Assembly: GCF_006345805.1 (NCBI RefSeq) | Contig: NC_043013.1 | Location: forward strand, 15,376,001-15,440,000 | DNA length: 64,000 nucleotides | Direction: 5' to 3' | Origin: Octopus sinensis | Taxonomy: Eukaryota | Shown here: positions 38,759-52,119 of the stretch, one piece after another | How the letters are laid out: every line of letters starts with the position of its first letter | How positions within the stretch are numbered: the stretch's first letter is position 1 | Made by a program: the position numbers and the translations under genes | Notes under the pieces: model-generated | Seen by the model: only the letters and a program-made list of their open reading frames with translations | Told to the model about the DNA's origin: nothing | Database searches by the model: none

Positions 38759-39424
38759 GATGCCAGATATCATTTATCTGAAAAGTAAGGTAAAAAAAAA
38801 AAAATATAAGTTAGAAGAAAGTGCTCTTGAAAGAGGGATCCTCAAAAGAATTGATGCACCTTGTATACAAATATGTTTGTGTGTGTGTGTGTATGTTTAT
38901 ATATATATATATATATCTTTTTATCATCATCATCATCATCATCATTATTATAAAGGTGTTCAGCTGGCTGCATTGTTAGCACTCTGGACAAAATACTGAG
39001 CGACATTTCTTTCTTCTGGTTTTATGTTCTGAGTGCAAATTCTGTGAGGTTGATTTTGCCTTTTAGTATTGGGGTCAGTGCAATTGACTAGTCCTCTACC
39101 CCCAAATTTCAGGCTTTGTGCCATTAGTAGAAAAGATTATTATTATTGTTTGTTATCATTCTTATTATCATACAATTAGAAGAGAATGATTCAAATTGTA
39201 ATTTAACACGGATTGAATTTGCTTATTGAACTGAACAGTATTTCAACACTATATCTTCTTCAAAATAAGATGAAGAATGAAAACGAAAATATAGTTTTCA
39301 TTAAACAAAGTCCATTTTTGTTTTATTATATATGACTTATTGCTCTTCTAATTATATAATCTACCTTTGTGAAGTGTTATGTCAATCTTCATAAATTATT
39401 ATTATTTTTTTTTCTACCCCGTAG

Positions 39425-39479
39425 CTACTCAGCGAACTGGTGCAATGAACATTTCATACACATAAAAGCCATGAGAAAG
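39425..39479 (+). CDS. DHX38: DHX38/PRP16 exon B, (G)YSANWCNEHFIHIKAMRK
   Basis: cccgtag acceptor, GTGAGT donor; 55 nt, phase 2 to 0, in frame with exon A. Matches the PRP16 WCNDHFIHxKAMRK motif. Confidence 0.95.
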
Positions 39480-39631
39480 GTGAGTGTTTTATAAACATTG
39501 CCAATCTGTTGTCATCTGCGAATATCATAACAATATAACACCTCTGTGTGTATATGCGTGTGTTCATTACTAATTCGTTTGTGCTTCCCGTAACCATGCA
39601 TGACACAGTGATGTATTTTATTTTCAAATAT

Positions 39632-40050
39632 AGGCGTAGGAGTGGCTGTGTGGTAAGTAGCTTGCTAACCAACCACATGGTCCCGGGTTCAGTCCCACTG
39701 CGTGGCATCTTGGGCAAGTGTCTTCTGCTATAGCCCCGGGCCGACCAATGCCTTGTGAGTGGATTTGGTAGACGGAAACTGAAAGAAGCCTGTCGTATAT
39801 ATGTATATATGTGTATGTATGTGTGTGTTTGTGTGTCTGCTGTGTTTGTCCCCCTAGCATTGCTTGACAACCGATGCTGGTGTGTTTACGTCCCCGTCAC
39901 TTAGCGGTTCGGCAAAAGAGACCGATAGAATAAGTACTGGGCTTACAAAGAATAAGTCCCGGGGTCGATTTGCTCGACTAAAGGCGGTGCTCCAGCATGG
40001 CCGCAGTTAAAATGACTGAAACAAGTAAAAGAGTAAAGAGTAAAAGAGTA
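39632..40050 (+). mobile_element. SINE family S1, young full-length copy
   Basis: CpG-intact S1 consensus with (GAGTAAA)n tail, 150 nt downstream of exon B. Confidence 0.9.
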
Positions 40051-41593
40051 TACACATACACACATCATCATCATCATCATTTAATGTCCGCTTTCCATGC
40101 TGGCATGGGTTGGATGGTTTGACTGGAACTGGTAAGCCAGAGGGCTGCACCAGCTTCCAATCTGATTTGGCATAGTTTTTATGACTCGATGCTCTTCCTA
40201 ACGCCAACCACTCTGAGAGTCTAATGGATGTTTTTCACATGCCACCGGCACGGGTGCCATTTACATGACGTTGGCAACAGCCCTGACTATGATTTCACTT
40301 GGCTTGACTGGGCTTCTTTCAGTTTCTATCTACCTGATCCACTCACAAGGCTTTAGCTGGCCTGGGGTTATACAGAAGACACCTGCTCAAGGTACCATGC
40401 ATTAGCACTGAACTCAAAACCACATTCGTGGGGACTGTCATGTTTCCTATAGTATATTGTAGCATTAGCAATTTAAAATGTTCCTCTGAGGCAGTTTTTT
40501 GTTAGTCTGCTATAAACCCTCTATTTCTCAAGATGATGATGATAATGGTTTTCATTATTATCATTGTTTTCATGTTTACATTTCCATGCTTCCATGGGTT
40601 AGACAAGTTTTGCAGCAGACTTTCTATGGTTGGATGCACTCCCTGTTGCCAATCCTCATCAGTTTTTAAGCAAAGTATTATTTTCAGAAAAACAGAATGA
40701 GTTAAAGAGAACAGGAGGAGACACGTGGGATGGAGGGTTACTGAAGAGGTCACAGGATGTGTTACGAAAGATTTCAGACAAAGGACACTAAAATAAGAAT
40801 AACAAGAGCACTCAGAGAGCACAAACTTCTGCCAAGGCAACATCAACATATTCTCAACGATTAGCTGGAGATGATTTTTAAAATGAGAATATCTGAAGTA
40901 AACTGGACTGCTCTCACAAACAAGAATACTAAAACTGAACTTGACTGTTCTCAAACTGTGAAATAATCCAAATATATATATATTGAGTGAGAGGTGAAGG
41001 GAAAGGAGATGAAATACTAATACAGTGAAGGAGAAGTAGTGAGAGTAATAGCCACGACTGAGAGGGAGTGAGAGAAAGTAATAACAATGAGAAAGACGAA
41101 ATGAAGTGGCAAAGAGAGTGTCGTATGAATGAGAAAGAATGGGGTGATAGATGAATAATGAAGGAAGGAGTGAAAAGGCTAATAAACAGTGTTTGAAGTG
41201 TGAGTATATGTGTGTGTAAAAGAGAGGTATGTTTGTGCATGCATATGTGTGTGTACAATGGAAATGGGATGGTAATGTTCAATGCTGAAAATATGTGTGT
41301 ATGTATGTGCATGTACAAGAGAACTATGTGAAACTATACATATACATGTAAAGTAAAAGAAATCGGAAAAATAATCCAGAATCCTTGTCCAGTACTGGGT
41401 TGATCTCAAAATCTAATGAGACCGTGCCTGTCACAAGGCCAAATGTCCCTGAAAGTTTCATCCGAATCCATCCAGTGGTTCTTGACATATCTTGTCCACG
41501 CACAAACAAACACGACTGAAAACAATGCCTGTCATAAGGTGGATGTAATACTAAAGCTGAAGTGAAGAATTAGTTATATAGGGCATGTGGTTA

Positions 41594-41992
41594 TTTTACT
41601 CTCTTTTACTCTTTTACTTGTTTCAGTCATTTGACTGTGGCCACCGCCTTTAGTCGAGCAAATCGACCCCAGGACTTATTCGTTGTAAGCATAGTACTTA
41701 TTCTATCGGTCTCTTTTGCCGAACCGCTAAGTTACAGGGACGTAAACACACCAGTATCGGTTGTCAAATGATGTTGGGTGGGGGGCGACAAACACAAACA
41801 TACACACACACACACACATATACATATATACGACAGGCTTCTTTCAGTTTCCGTCTACCAAATCCACTCACAAGGCTTTGGTCAGCCCGAGGCTATAGTA
41901 GAAGACACTTGCCCAAGGTGCCACGCAGTGGGGCTGAACCCGGAACCATGTGGTTGGTAAGCAAGCTACTTACCACACAGCCACCCCTACAC
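41594..41992 (-). mobile_element. SINE family S1, young full-length copy
   Basis: Reverse complement of the 39632-40050 type. Confidence 0.9.
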
Positions 41993-43185
41993 TTGGCAAA
42001 AACAAAAAAAAGCAATATTATTTGCACCTGGTCTCCTCTACATTTTCATGGCAGTTTGTAAACAAACAGTTTTGCATGTACGATGGCGATATTTTGTTTA
42101 AAATTGGCATGTTATATTAAGACAAAGAAACGTTAACACACACCACAAACACTCCAGACACACACACTCACATACACATGCACATAATGGGTTTCTTTTT
42201 AGTTTTTGACTTCCAAATCTACTTGTAAAGCTTCTATTATAGAAGACAATTTTCCCAAAGCACTGTGCTATGAGACTGAACTTGAAACCACATAGTTGGA
42301 AACTGAACTTCTTAATCACACAGCTGTGCTTCACTGAGGAGGCCTAGTCTGACAGAAGCATTTAAGGATGAGATTCTCTCCTATATACATAGTTTATATT
42401 TGCTTAAAATTTCAATCGCTTGATCTTAATGGAATTATTTCCCTTGGTTGTTACTTTTAGATTTTAAACTGGCCTAAAAAGATTTTGTTTACCAGTTGCA
42501 TGGATAATTTCAATTAATTGAAGTCTTTCAACTCACTATGTAGTCTTAGTTGCACAGTGTTAACAACCATGTTTACTGTAGTGTTATAGTCATGTGTTAG
42601 CATGTGCTCACATCATTTACTAGAAATAGTAGCTAGATATCCTTCAGATTACACTTTTCTGCCTTAGAAAATGGACACATTAGGTTAAATATAGGCCTCT
42701 GTTTGGGAAAAAGACAGTGTAGTCACTTAATCAAGGATGACAACAGACTAAACAACAATATGCATATTATACAACACCACCACTGTTATCCCCCCCAACA
42801 ACAACAACAATAATAACCACAACAAAACAACTGAGCCAATGAGAGAAACCTCTATGCTAGAAACAGCTGCAAAATTTCCCTCTGATCACATCACATCATA
42901 TCATCTTAACAAAAAAAGGACAAGTTGGACAGTATAGTCTGAGGTAAGTTGTAGCAAGGCAATATGGCCATGTCTGGAATATCTTTGATCATAAATCTGC
43001 CAGATTAGAACCTGACCTCGGGCTAAACAATAACAACAACAACAACACAACAACAACAACAATTATATGAGCAATGAAGGATCTTTTGCAACAACAACAA
43101 AAACATATGTCCCCTTTAGTAGGTATCTCTGGAAGATTGTAGTCAAATACACGTACCTTTGTTAACGGTATCGTTCTTGTTTCAG

Positions 43186-43320
43186 GTGCGAGAAGTACGG
43201 CAACAGCTGAAAGAGATTATGGACCAACAGAAGATGGATTTGATCTCCTGTGGAAACGACTGGGATGTTGCACGGAAAAGCATTTGTTCGTCCTATTTCC
43301 ACCAGGCTGCAAGACTCAAG
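43186..43320 (+). CDS. DHX38: DHX38/PRP16 exon [46 protein letters not shown]
   Basis: tttcag acceptor, GTAAGC donor; 135 nt, phase 0-0. Matches PRP16 VREVRAQLKDIM...YFHQAAKLK. Confidence 0.96.
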
Positions 43321-43674
43321 GTAAGCCGACGACTTTGTTTTTTTTTTTCCTTCACATTCCTCCCACTTCTGGTGAAATGTCTGAAGTTTTGCAGCTGGAC
43401 AGGGGAAGAGAATTTGAAGTTAAGTGTGCTTCACTTATTTAGTTGTCAAGGTTGTTTTGGTTACTAAGGACAAAACCATGCTGGAGCACTTGTCTTTAGT
43501 GAGTGTCAGTTGTTTAGGTTCAGAAGAATTGTCCAAATGCATTGTGTTTTGGTAGTGTTGTCTTTGCATCTCTTAAGTGAAATGGAAATTTGAATTTGTT
43601 TAGATATATATATATATACATATATGTGTGTGTGTGTGTGAATTGGTAAGTATATAAATACATACATATACACT

Positions 43675-43719
<45 letters not shown>

Positions 43720-44005
43720 GCACACTCACTCACTCACCCTAATGTTTGTAATTATATTGTTATAATGGTAATGCTTGTTTACCTGCGTTACTCTTGTGGC
43801 CAATGATAAACCATCAGAGCAATAATGTGTGGTGTAGTGCAATGCTTGTAGCTTACTGTTGTGTGTATAGTATGATGCTGTGGTTTTACTGTAATGTAGT
43901 AGGGTATAATGCATACTCCAGCATGACCACATCCTGTGTCTGAAATAAGTAATGTATGTGTGAAATAAGTAATGTATGTGAAATAAGTAATGTATGTATA
44001 TATGA

Positions 44006-44079
<74 letters not shown>

Positions 44080-44164
44080 GTATATATGTCTATATATATG
44101 TATATGCATATATTTGTAGGCTTTTATAAATACATATGTATTTATGTGTCTGCATATATATGTG

Positions 44165-44195
<31 letters not shown>

Positions 44196-44619
44196 ATGTT
44201 TATGTATATATATGTTTGTGTCTATATATATGTGTGTATATGTATATACTTATATATGTATATGCATATATTTGTGTTTATAAATGCATATGTATATGTG
44301 TATGTGTATGTGAAGTGTGGGGTAATATATATATGTGTGTATATGTAGTTGTAAGGTGTTTCAAGTACAATAGTTAGGGATTATTGTAAACTGTGTGTGC
44401 TTCTAGTTACTGTTTATGAGTGAAGTCTGCAGCATTAGTTGCAGATATATTCCTCACCTACCATTCCTCCACTGTTGCCGGCGCTCCCATAAAACACCCG
44501 TTGTATTTTTTGCCTTTGTTTTTGTCCCATCGCCAATTTCTTTTCCTTCTTTTCTGTCATTCACATGTGACCACCACGTCAGATATGAACAGTTAAGCCC
44601 TCTGTTGTCTGTTGTTTCT

Positions 44620-45330
44620 CTCACCACATGACCACCAAGCATGGCTATGTTCACCTAACCACTGTCACTGCCAACCAACAACTACCACCAGCACATGACA
44701 CTCACTCAGTCATCACCAACACCACAACATCACTTACCTGGCCACTGCACTCCCTTGACCACCACCACCACCACCACACTACTGTGTCCCTACACTCATT
44801 TAACCACTTCTCACTACAAAACTTATGAAACTCTACAGCATTTTCACCATTTTGCCACCACCACTACCACCACCACCAGCACAACAACATCACTTACCTA
44901 GGCACTGCACTCCCTTGATCACCACCACTACCACCACCACTATCACCACCACTACCACCACCACCATCACCACCACTACCACCACCACCATCACCACCAC
45001 CACCATGACACTACTATGTCCCTACGCTCACTTAACCACCACTACAAAACTTCCCAAAACACTGCTACATTTTCACCATTTTGCTACCACCACCACCGCC
45101 TCCTCCACCACCACACTCACCAAATCACTTCACCACCACACTTACCACCACAGTCACTACCACACCACCGCTAAATTATCACACCACCACAATGCTGCCA
45201 CACTCACCACCACCACCACCGCACTCACCTACCGTCCACCACACCATTACTATATCACCACCCCATCACCACTGTCATCCCCCATCACCTTCCCTACCAA
45301 AAATTATTTCCTCTGCTCTCCAGTGTGCCT
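44620..45330. repeat. (ACC/CAC)n-rich low-complexity tract with a ~160-bp internal duplication
   Basis: The unit caacatcacttacct.g.cactgcactcccttga recurs at 44725 and 44885. Confidence 0.8.
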
Positions 45331-45610
45331 GTGAATTTTTAAAAGTTTTTTTTTTTAATTAATTTGTGCTTATTGCCTACTGTTTTTGTTATCTTAAACA
45401 TAATTTGTTCTTCTCTTGGTTTCTAACCTGTCTTCAAACCATAAAACACTCGTCACTGCCCCCCCACACCTCTCTGCATATGGAAAATAGGTGAAAGGCT
45501 AAGTCTATATGCTGAAAGTTCAAATCATTCTGTAGGAAATTGTCCTGTGGGGTCTTCTTACTTGTGCTGGTTGAACCATAAGACTGTTTTCTTCTTATAC
45601 CTTAATTCCA

Positions 45611-45914
45611 GTTACCATGGATACCAGTTGTTGTGATTACCTGTTGCCATGATCACCATTTGTTATGGTTACCAGTTGCCCTGGTAACCTGATGTTGTGC
45701 TGACTGGTTGCCATAGTTACCTGTTTTCAGTTATCACAGTCACTTTATTGGTTGCTATAGTTACCCGTTGCCATTGTTATCATTTGTTACTAGTTGTTGT
45801 GGCTATTTGTTACTATGGTCGTTGTTATGGTCACTATTTGTTATTGTGGTAACCTGATGTGGTTCCTGTTGCCATGGTTACCAGTTATTATGGTAACTGA
45901 TTGTCATGGTAGCC
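45611..45914. repeat. Degenerate array of GTT(G/A)CCATGG(T/C)AAC-like palindromes
   Basis: gttaccatggatac, gttgccctggtaac, gttgccatagttac, gttgctatagttac, gttgccatggttac, gttattatggtaac and others. Confidence 0.7.
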
Positions 45915-46526
45915 ACCCTACAAGGGTAGACAAACAGAGCAAATTTTATCCAAGCAAGAACTAAACACAGAACAATCAAGGTTAGAGTCAACTACTATGT
46001 TTGAAGGGGATTCTCAACAAAACCCCTTTGTGTTCCCCGCCTTCTTCTTTCCCTAAACATCTTCACCTCCACCACCTCTACCAAATCTGTAATATAAGAC
46101 TGGGTTGCTCAACATTGCAGTAGAGATACATTTCAAAGTAAGGAATGTGCTGAAACCCTAAATTTAACCCTATCACAGTAAGAACGTCTTCCCTAGGAAA
46201 CTAGGAAAAGCCACTAAGTAGTTATTTCATCCACAAGAAGTAGCAGCCTACCTCCATGGGGTTCTATGACCTACAGGAATTTGCTGCCAAATCTCCCTGT
46301 ACAGTCTTTTAAAATGAGAAGGGCACACTATACATGGGTTGGGAGGTGGGGGGAAGCTGGCAGTGGCCACTGTTGGAATGCCTTTCATTATAGATCTGCT
46401 TGATTGGGGTTGATTTAGGATTAGAAAACACCACCACCAACAACAACCCAGGTCAGGTGATTACATGAAAGTTCCTTTCATTCATGTAGGGTCATTAGGG
46501 AACCTGTTAAGGGAGGTCTGGCAGTG

Positions 46527-48430
46527 TATAGGGTGCAGCGAATAAACTGTCGTCTAAATTACGCAAAAATGAAAATAATACTAGCACCTTATTTTAACAA
46601 ATATATTTACCAAAATTACATTAAAATATCTTGAAATACTAAAGAGTAAATTTATTCAATATAATTGCTATTGGCTTCAACCATGGCCTCCAGACGACTT
46701 TGGAATCTCCTACAACTCTCCTGAATGGTTTCCTTGTTTAAGTCGGTGAATGCTGCCATAACTTTGCCTTCAGTTCATCTTTGGTGTTGCAAAGAGTTTT
46801 GTTGGTCTCTCATTCAACTACGCTCCACCTGTAATAATCAAGGGGGTTGCAGTCTGGGGAGTTAGGGGGTGGGTCAGATGTTAGAAGTGATGTGGTTGCA
46901 AAAATTGTCTGACAGCCATGACTGGGTTCTCTTGCTTGTGTGGAATGGTGCAGAGTCTTGTTGCCAGACATAGGGTCTTCCAGCAGCCACCCTCTTGACC
47001 CAGGGCAGCACTCTCTCCTCCAGGCACTTGATGTAGGCCCCCGTGTTGAATCTGAAGCCACATGGGAAGATGAGTGCTTGTGTAACATCCTATTCTTGCT
47101 TTAGTCAGACACACACACAATTTCATCAGTACCATCATCCTCATCATTTAGTATTCGCTTTCCATGCTGACATGGGTTGGACAGTTTGACAGGAGCTGAC
47201 AAGTCAGAAGATTGCACCATACTCTACTATTTATTTTTGCAACTGGATTCCCTTCCTATTACCAACCCCTTTACAGAGTGGACTAGGGGCTTTTTATGTG
47301 GCACCAGCACCTGCAAGGTCTGATTTGACATGGTTTCTATGACAGGATGCTCTTTCTAATGTCAACCACTTTTGGACATGAACTGGGTGCTTTTTACGAG
47401 GCACAAAACAACAGAGTTTTTGTCAATGTGGAGAGTCATGACTGGATTCTCCTGCTTGTGTGGTATGGTACAGAGTCCTGTTGCCAGACATAGGGTCTTC
47501 CAGCAGCCACCCTCTTGACCCAGGGCAGCACTCTCTCCTCCAGGCACTTGATGTAGGCCCCCGTGTTGAATCTGAAGCCACATGGGAAGATGAGTGCTTG
47601 TGTAACATCCTATTCTTGCTTTAGTCAGACACACACACAATTTCATCAGTACCATCATCCTCATCATTTAGTATTCGCTTTCCATGCTGACATGGGTTGG
47701 ACAGTTTGACAGGAGCTGACAAGTCAGAAGATTGCACCATACTCTACTATTTGTTTTTGGCAGGATTTTTGCAACTGGATTCCCTTCCTATTACCAACCC
47801 CTTTACAGAGTGGACTAGGGGCTTTTTATGTGGCACCAGCACCTGCAAGGTCTGATTTGACATGGTTTCTATGACAGGATGCTCTTTCTAATGTCAACCA
47901 CTTTTGGACATGAACTGGGTGCTTTTTACGAGGCACAAAACAACAGAGTTTTTGTCAATGCAGAGAGTCATGACTGGATTCTCCTGCTTGTGTGGTATGG
48001 TACAGTGTCTTGTTGCCAGACATAGGGTCTTCCAGCAGCCACCCTCTTGACCCAGGGCAGCACTCTCTCCTCCAGGCACTTGATGTAGGCCCCCGTGTTG
48101 AATCTGAAGCCACATGGGAAGATGAATGTAGGTATAAGGAGTTCTTTTCCTATCAGAACAATCAGTGTGAGTTTTCTGAGCTGCTGTAGTTTCGTAATCA
48201 CCATTTGGCTCATTCGACTCTTTCTGAATCCTCTGCACTGTCCTCAGATTGACACCCAAACACTCGGAAATGTTTGTTTTGGAACTTCTAGTGTGAATGC
48301 CAAGCAATGCAGCAGGTCATTTCCAAATTTTTGGCAATGAGAATTGTGTCATGGTGCTGTTTTTCTCACTGATGGTGCCCAACTGACCCTACTATACTGT
48401 GCAGTGGTCAACAAAATCCCTACCACATTG
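46527..48430 (-). mobile_element. DD37D transposon with internal RTE-tail insertion and tandem amplification
   Basis: Same family as 1011-1790; a composite unit recurs at 46917, 47437 and 47969. Confidence 0.85.
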
Positions 48431-48825
48431 GTCACTGATGATGGTCTCCAACTTACTCTGGATTTAAAGAAAAGGTTGTTGGTCTGTTACAGGTTAACAT
48501 GTTGCTCATCAGTTCTGCTGTAAACTACACCATACTGTGGTACCTATTTACAGATAAGTTGACTGGATTGTTGACAGTTAAATGTCTTGGTCACGGACAC
48601 ATTACAGTGAAGTGTATCACACTGTGATACCTACATATACAGCCAGATTGATTGGACTGTTTAGTTGACAGTGTTTTAGTTAAGGACATAGTATAGTAAA
48701 GTATACCACATTGTGGTTTCTACTTACAGCTAGGTAGACTGGACTGCTGATAGTTTAGTGTCTTGGACACAATACGGTGAACCAATGCCTTACCATTGTG
48801 TGTATTTATAGCTCAGTATATAATA

Positions 48826-49831
48826 TATTGGGTCATCCCATAAATAATGCAGTTTTTTCAATTGTATGAACTAAAAGTCAGAGAGTGGGGTGAGATAAAC
48901 TATCTGCATCAACTTGCTATAAAAGCAGGTAGTAATTTTAACTTTTTACTTATTCTCAGTGCAAGTTTGGAAGAGTGCAGTTTGATTTTAACAGCTATTT
49001 TTTCAAAGCTATAATGGAAGTTACAAAGGAGCATATTTGGCATATTTTGATTTATGAGTTCAATAAAGGCAACAATGCAATGGAGAGTGTGAGGAATATT
49101 AATGCAGTATATGGGGGAGCAGACAATAAGCATAAGCCATTGTCAACAGTGGTTCTAGAAATTCCGAGCCGGAAATTACAGCCTGGAAGACGAGCCTTGT
49201 CCTGGAAGACCTGTAGAGCTCAACAATGATGTCCTGCACACCTTGGTGGAACCCCGGGCTAAAGAAGGTCGTCACCCACGTTAGGTGATGTTATCTGTTT
49301 GGTGGGATATGAAAGGTTTAGTCCACTTTGAACTTTTAAACCCAAACCAAATGATAACAAAGGAGATCTACTGTGAGCAGCTTGAGTGACTTAAGTCAGC
49401 GCTAGAAGAAAAATGACCATCTTTGGTTTCAAGATGAAAGGTGTTCTTCCATCAGGATAATGCTTGTCCACATACATTGAGGATGATGTTCCAAAGGCTG
49501 GAGCAGTTTGAATGGGAAACAATGCCCCATCCACCATATTTGCCAGACATCACCCCCATCTGATTATCATTTATTCTGCAGTCTTCAAAATAATTTGGAC
49601 AGAAAAAATATGAATTCTGTAGATGAGATCAGAACAATACTGGAGGAGTATTTTTCATCACGGACAAGTGAATTTTGGAAGAGGGGTCTTGCAAGTCTAC
49701 CAGATTGATGGAAGAGCATTGTAGAAAATGAAGGAGAGAATATTTTAGATTAAAAAATAACTTTGTTTATCTTAATTTTGAAAAATAAAAGAAGTATTAA
49801 AAAACTGCATTATTTATGGGATGACCCAATA
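48826..49831 (+). mobile_element. Mariner (DD34D) transposon with both TIRs, internally deleted and frameshifted
   Basis: TIRs tattgggtcatcccataaataatgcagtttt / aaaactgcattatttatgggatgacccaata; MEVTKEHIWHILIYEFNKGNNA N-terminus; HQDNA...PHPPYLPDITPSDYHLF C-terminus. Confidence 0.92.
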
Positions 49832-49903
49832 TTTTACATTTCATGCTTTCTATTTTACATTCATTATATCAGTGATATTTACCAATTATTTTTGTTGCTT
49901 CAG

Positions 49904-50029
49904 GGCATCGGAGAATATGTTAACTGCCGAACGGGGATGCCATGTCACTTACACCCTACCAGCGCCCTCTTTGGCATGGGCTACAATCCTGACTATATTG
50001 TCTACCATGAATTGGTTATGACATCCAAG
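49904..50029 (+). CDS. DHX38: DHX38/PRP16 exon D (OB-fold), [42 protein letters not shown]
   Basis: cttcag acceptor, GTAAAA donor; 126 nt, phase 0-0. Very close to PRP16 [42 protein letters not shown]. Confidence 0.97.
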
Positions 50030-50384
50030 GTAAAATATTCATACACTGACACTCTTGAGCAAACTTTGTTAATTTATCTCATTGCATTGTATTTTATTTG
50101 TTGAGTTATTCTTCTCCTAAACTGGTTACCCTTGCTATGGCTTACTTGTAAAAAAAGGGTCCAAGTAAGAAAGTATTCGGATTACTCTGCATAACAAAAT
50201 CAAGATTTTTTTTTTTTGTCTTTGGTCAGTAAGTGTTATTCCTTATTTGCTTCTATCTAGAAATCAAACGAAATGACTGCTGTTCCCTTTAGACTTTGCT
50301 TTTGTGACCTGGACATAAATGTTTTGTAACTGACCTATTTTTCATTACATTTCAAACAGATTCAGTGCTGAGTTGCTGAAACAG

Positions 50385-50622
50385 AAATACCTATTTCTTT
50401 ACTACCCAAAAGGGGCTAAAGAAAGAGAGGACAAACAAGGACAGACAAACGGATTAAGTTGATTATATCAACTCCAGTGCATAACTGGTACTTATTTAAT
50501 TGACCCTGAAAGGATGAAAGGTAAAGTCGACCTCGGCGGAATTTGAACTCAGAACGTAGTGGCAGACGAAATACCGTTAAGCATTTCACCCGGTGTGCTA
50601 ACGTTTCTGCCAGCTCACCGCT
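50385..50622 (-). mobile_element. SINE family S2
   Basis: Reverse-complement S2; flanking ttgctgaaacagaaatacc is duplicated on both sides. Confidence 0.87.
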
Positions 50623-50957
50623 ATTTTGCTGAAACAGAAATACCATTATATCAAATATTCTGCTTAATACCACAGATTCGCTGATCACTTGCTTGACCAC
50701 AACCACTTGTGTATGTCCTTTAGTGGCTGATGATATGTGCCTCTCTGATTATGAGCAGGAGTAGTTGGAGGAGCACCATAGCCATGTATTGAGAGGGATT
50801 CTTTGGGATTTGAGTAAATGTAACAAAAGCAAAGTTTGAAGGAAATATTAACCCTTTGTCACACTTTCTAGGGATAAGCAAATAGGAAATAACAGTTGCT
50901 ACCCAGGGACAAAAGTCATATTACACAGTATTATTTCTTTTTACAGTTTTGAATTAA

Positions 50958-51324
50958 CCCTTTAGCATTCAGATAACTCCATTAAATATAATGCTTATTT
51001 ATTAACGTTGTTTTCAATTAATCATGCATTATCTCATAGCCTTGAGTTTTCAATGATGTGATTGTTTATTTTTTAGAGTGACATTGTTGTGTAGGTGTGA
51101 GAGGCTGGATCTAGCCAGTTTGAACATAAAGCAGGTAGAATATTTTGGTCAGATGTGGCTGGTTTAAATGCTAAAAGGTTAATCATGCCTTATCTCATAG
51201 TTTTCAGCTTTTAATGATATGAATGTTTACTTTTAGGATAACATTGTAAGGTAGGTATGAGAAACAAGATCTAGCTGGTTAAACATAAAACATGTCAGGT
51301 GTCGCAAGTTCAATTGCTAAAGAG
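50958..51324. mobile_element. piggyBac-type MITE (family of 12870) with duplicated right half
   Basis: TTAA|CCCTTTAGCATTC...AATGCTAAAAGG|TTAA at 51178, followed by a second right half ending GCTAAAGAG|TTAA. Confidence 0.72.
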
Positions 51325-52119
51325 TTAAGTTACAAAAAACCCATGATAATGGTTTAAGGTGGCTGGGGACAAGAGCTTAGTGCTCAAAATTTGTCGAGTT
51401 TGTAAGAAAGCAATATTGATAACATATGGAGTTAGAAAATAACATCAAACCCATTCTTACCAAGCTAACTACACCAACTCTATATGAGACATTCTCTTTT
51501 GCTCCACTCACCTAGCTACTACATCTACTTGATGTGTAATCACCTAATAACCCAATCAGCAGGCACTCTCAGGAGGGTCAGTGTACTCTTATTTCAACAT
51601 CAAAGAAACACCGTTATCAGACATTTCTTGAAAATCAGCTCCTAAATCCATACAAAGATGACGGGAACAGAACAAAGAACGAAAGATATTCACTTCCCAC
51701 TTAGACCATGATTTTGCCATATTTGTTTCTTCCGTCTTTCAGGCACCAAAAAACTAATTGTGAAATCTAAAACCTGAAAAATATCAGGCCCTGACAAATG
51801 CACAAACATTTAGGGCAGCACTCACTGTTATCTACAACTCCCTTTGTCAATCCTGCCAAATCTCCAGAATTTTGGAAGTGGATGCAAAATGATAAAAAAT
51901 TTGAATAGCATCATTACAAATCCATCATAACCACCATCATCACCGTAATCACCTCCATCATAATCTTCATTTTCATTGTTATCATTATTATCTGTTGTGT
52001 GGACGCCCCCAGACAATAAGTAGGCTTTATAATTCAACAAATGCCACTCACAACCATTGCTACCAACAGCACTTACCATCACCACTTGGTATTAACCTTA
52101 ATTGTTTCTTTTATTACAG

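Noticed and set aside
43321-43467. Open frame continuing past DHX38 exon C
   Set aside because: Read-through beyond a canonical GTAAGC donor; homology stops at the donor.
44825-45334. 169-aa Thr-rich ORF resembling a mucin
   Set aside because: Translation of (ACC)n low-complexity intronic DNA, with no signal peptide and no splice context.
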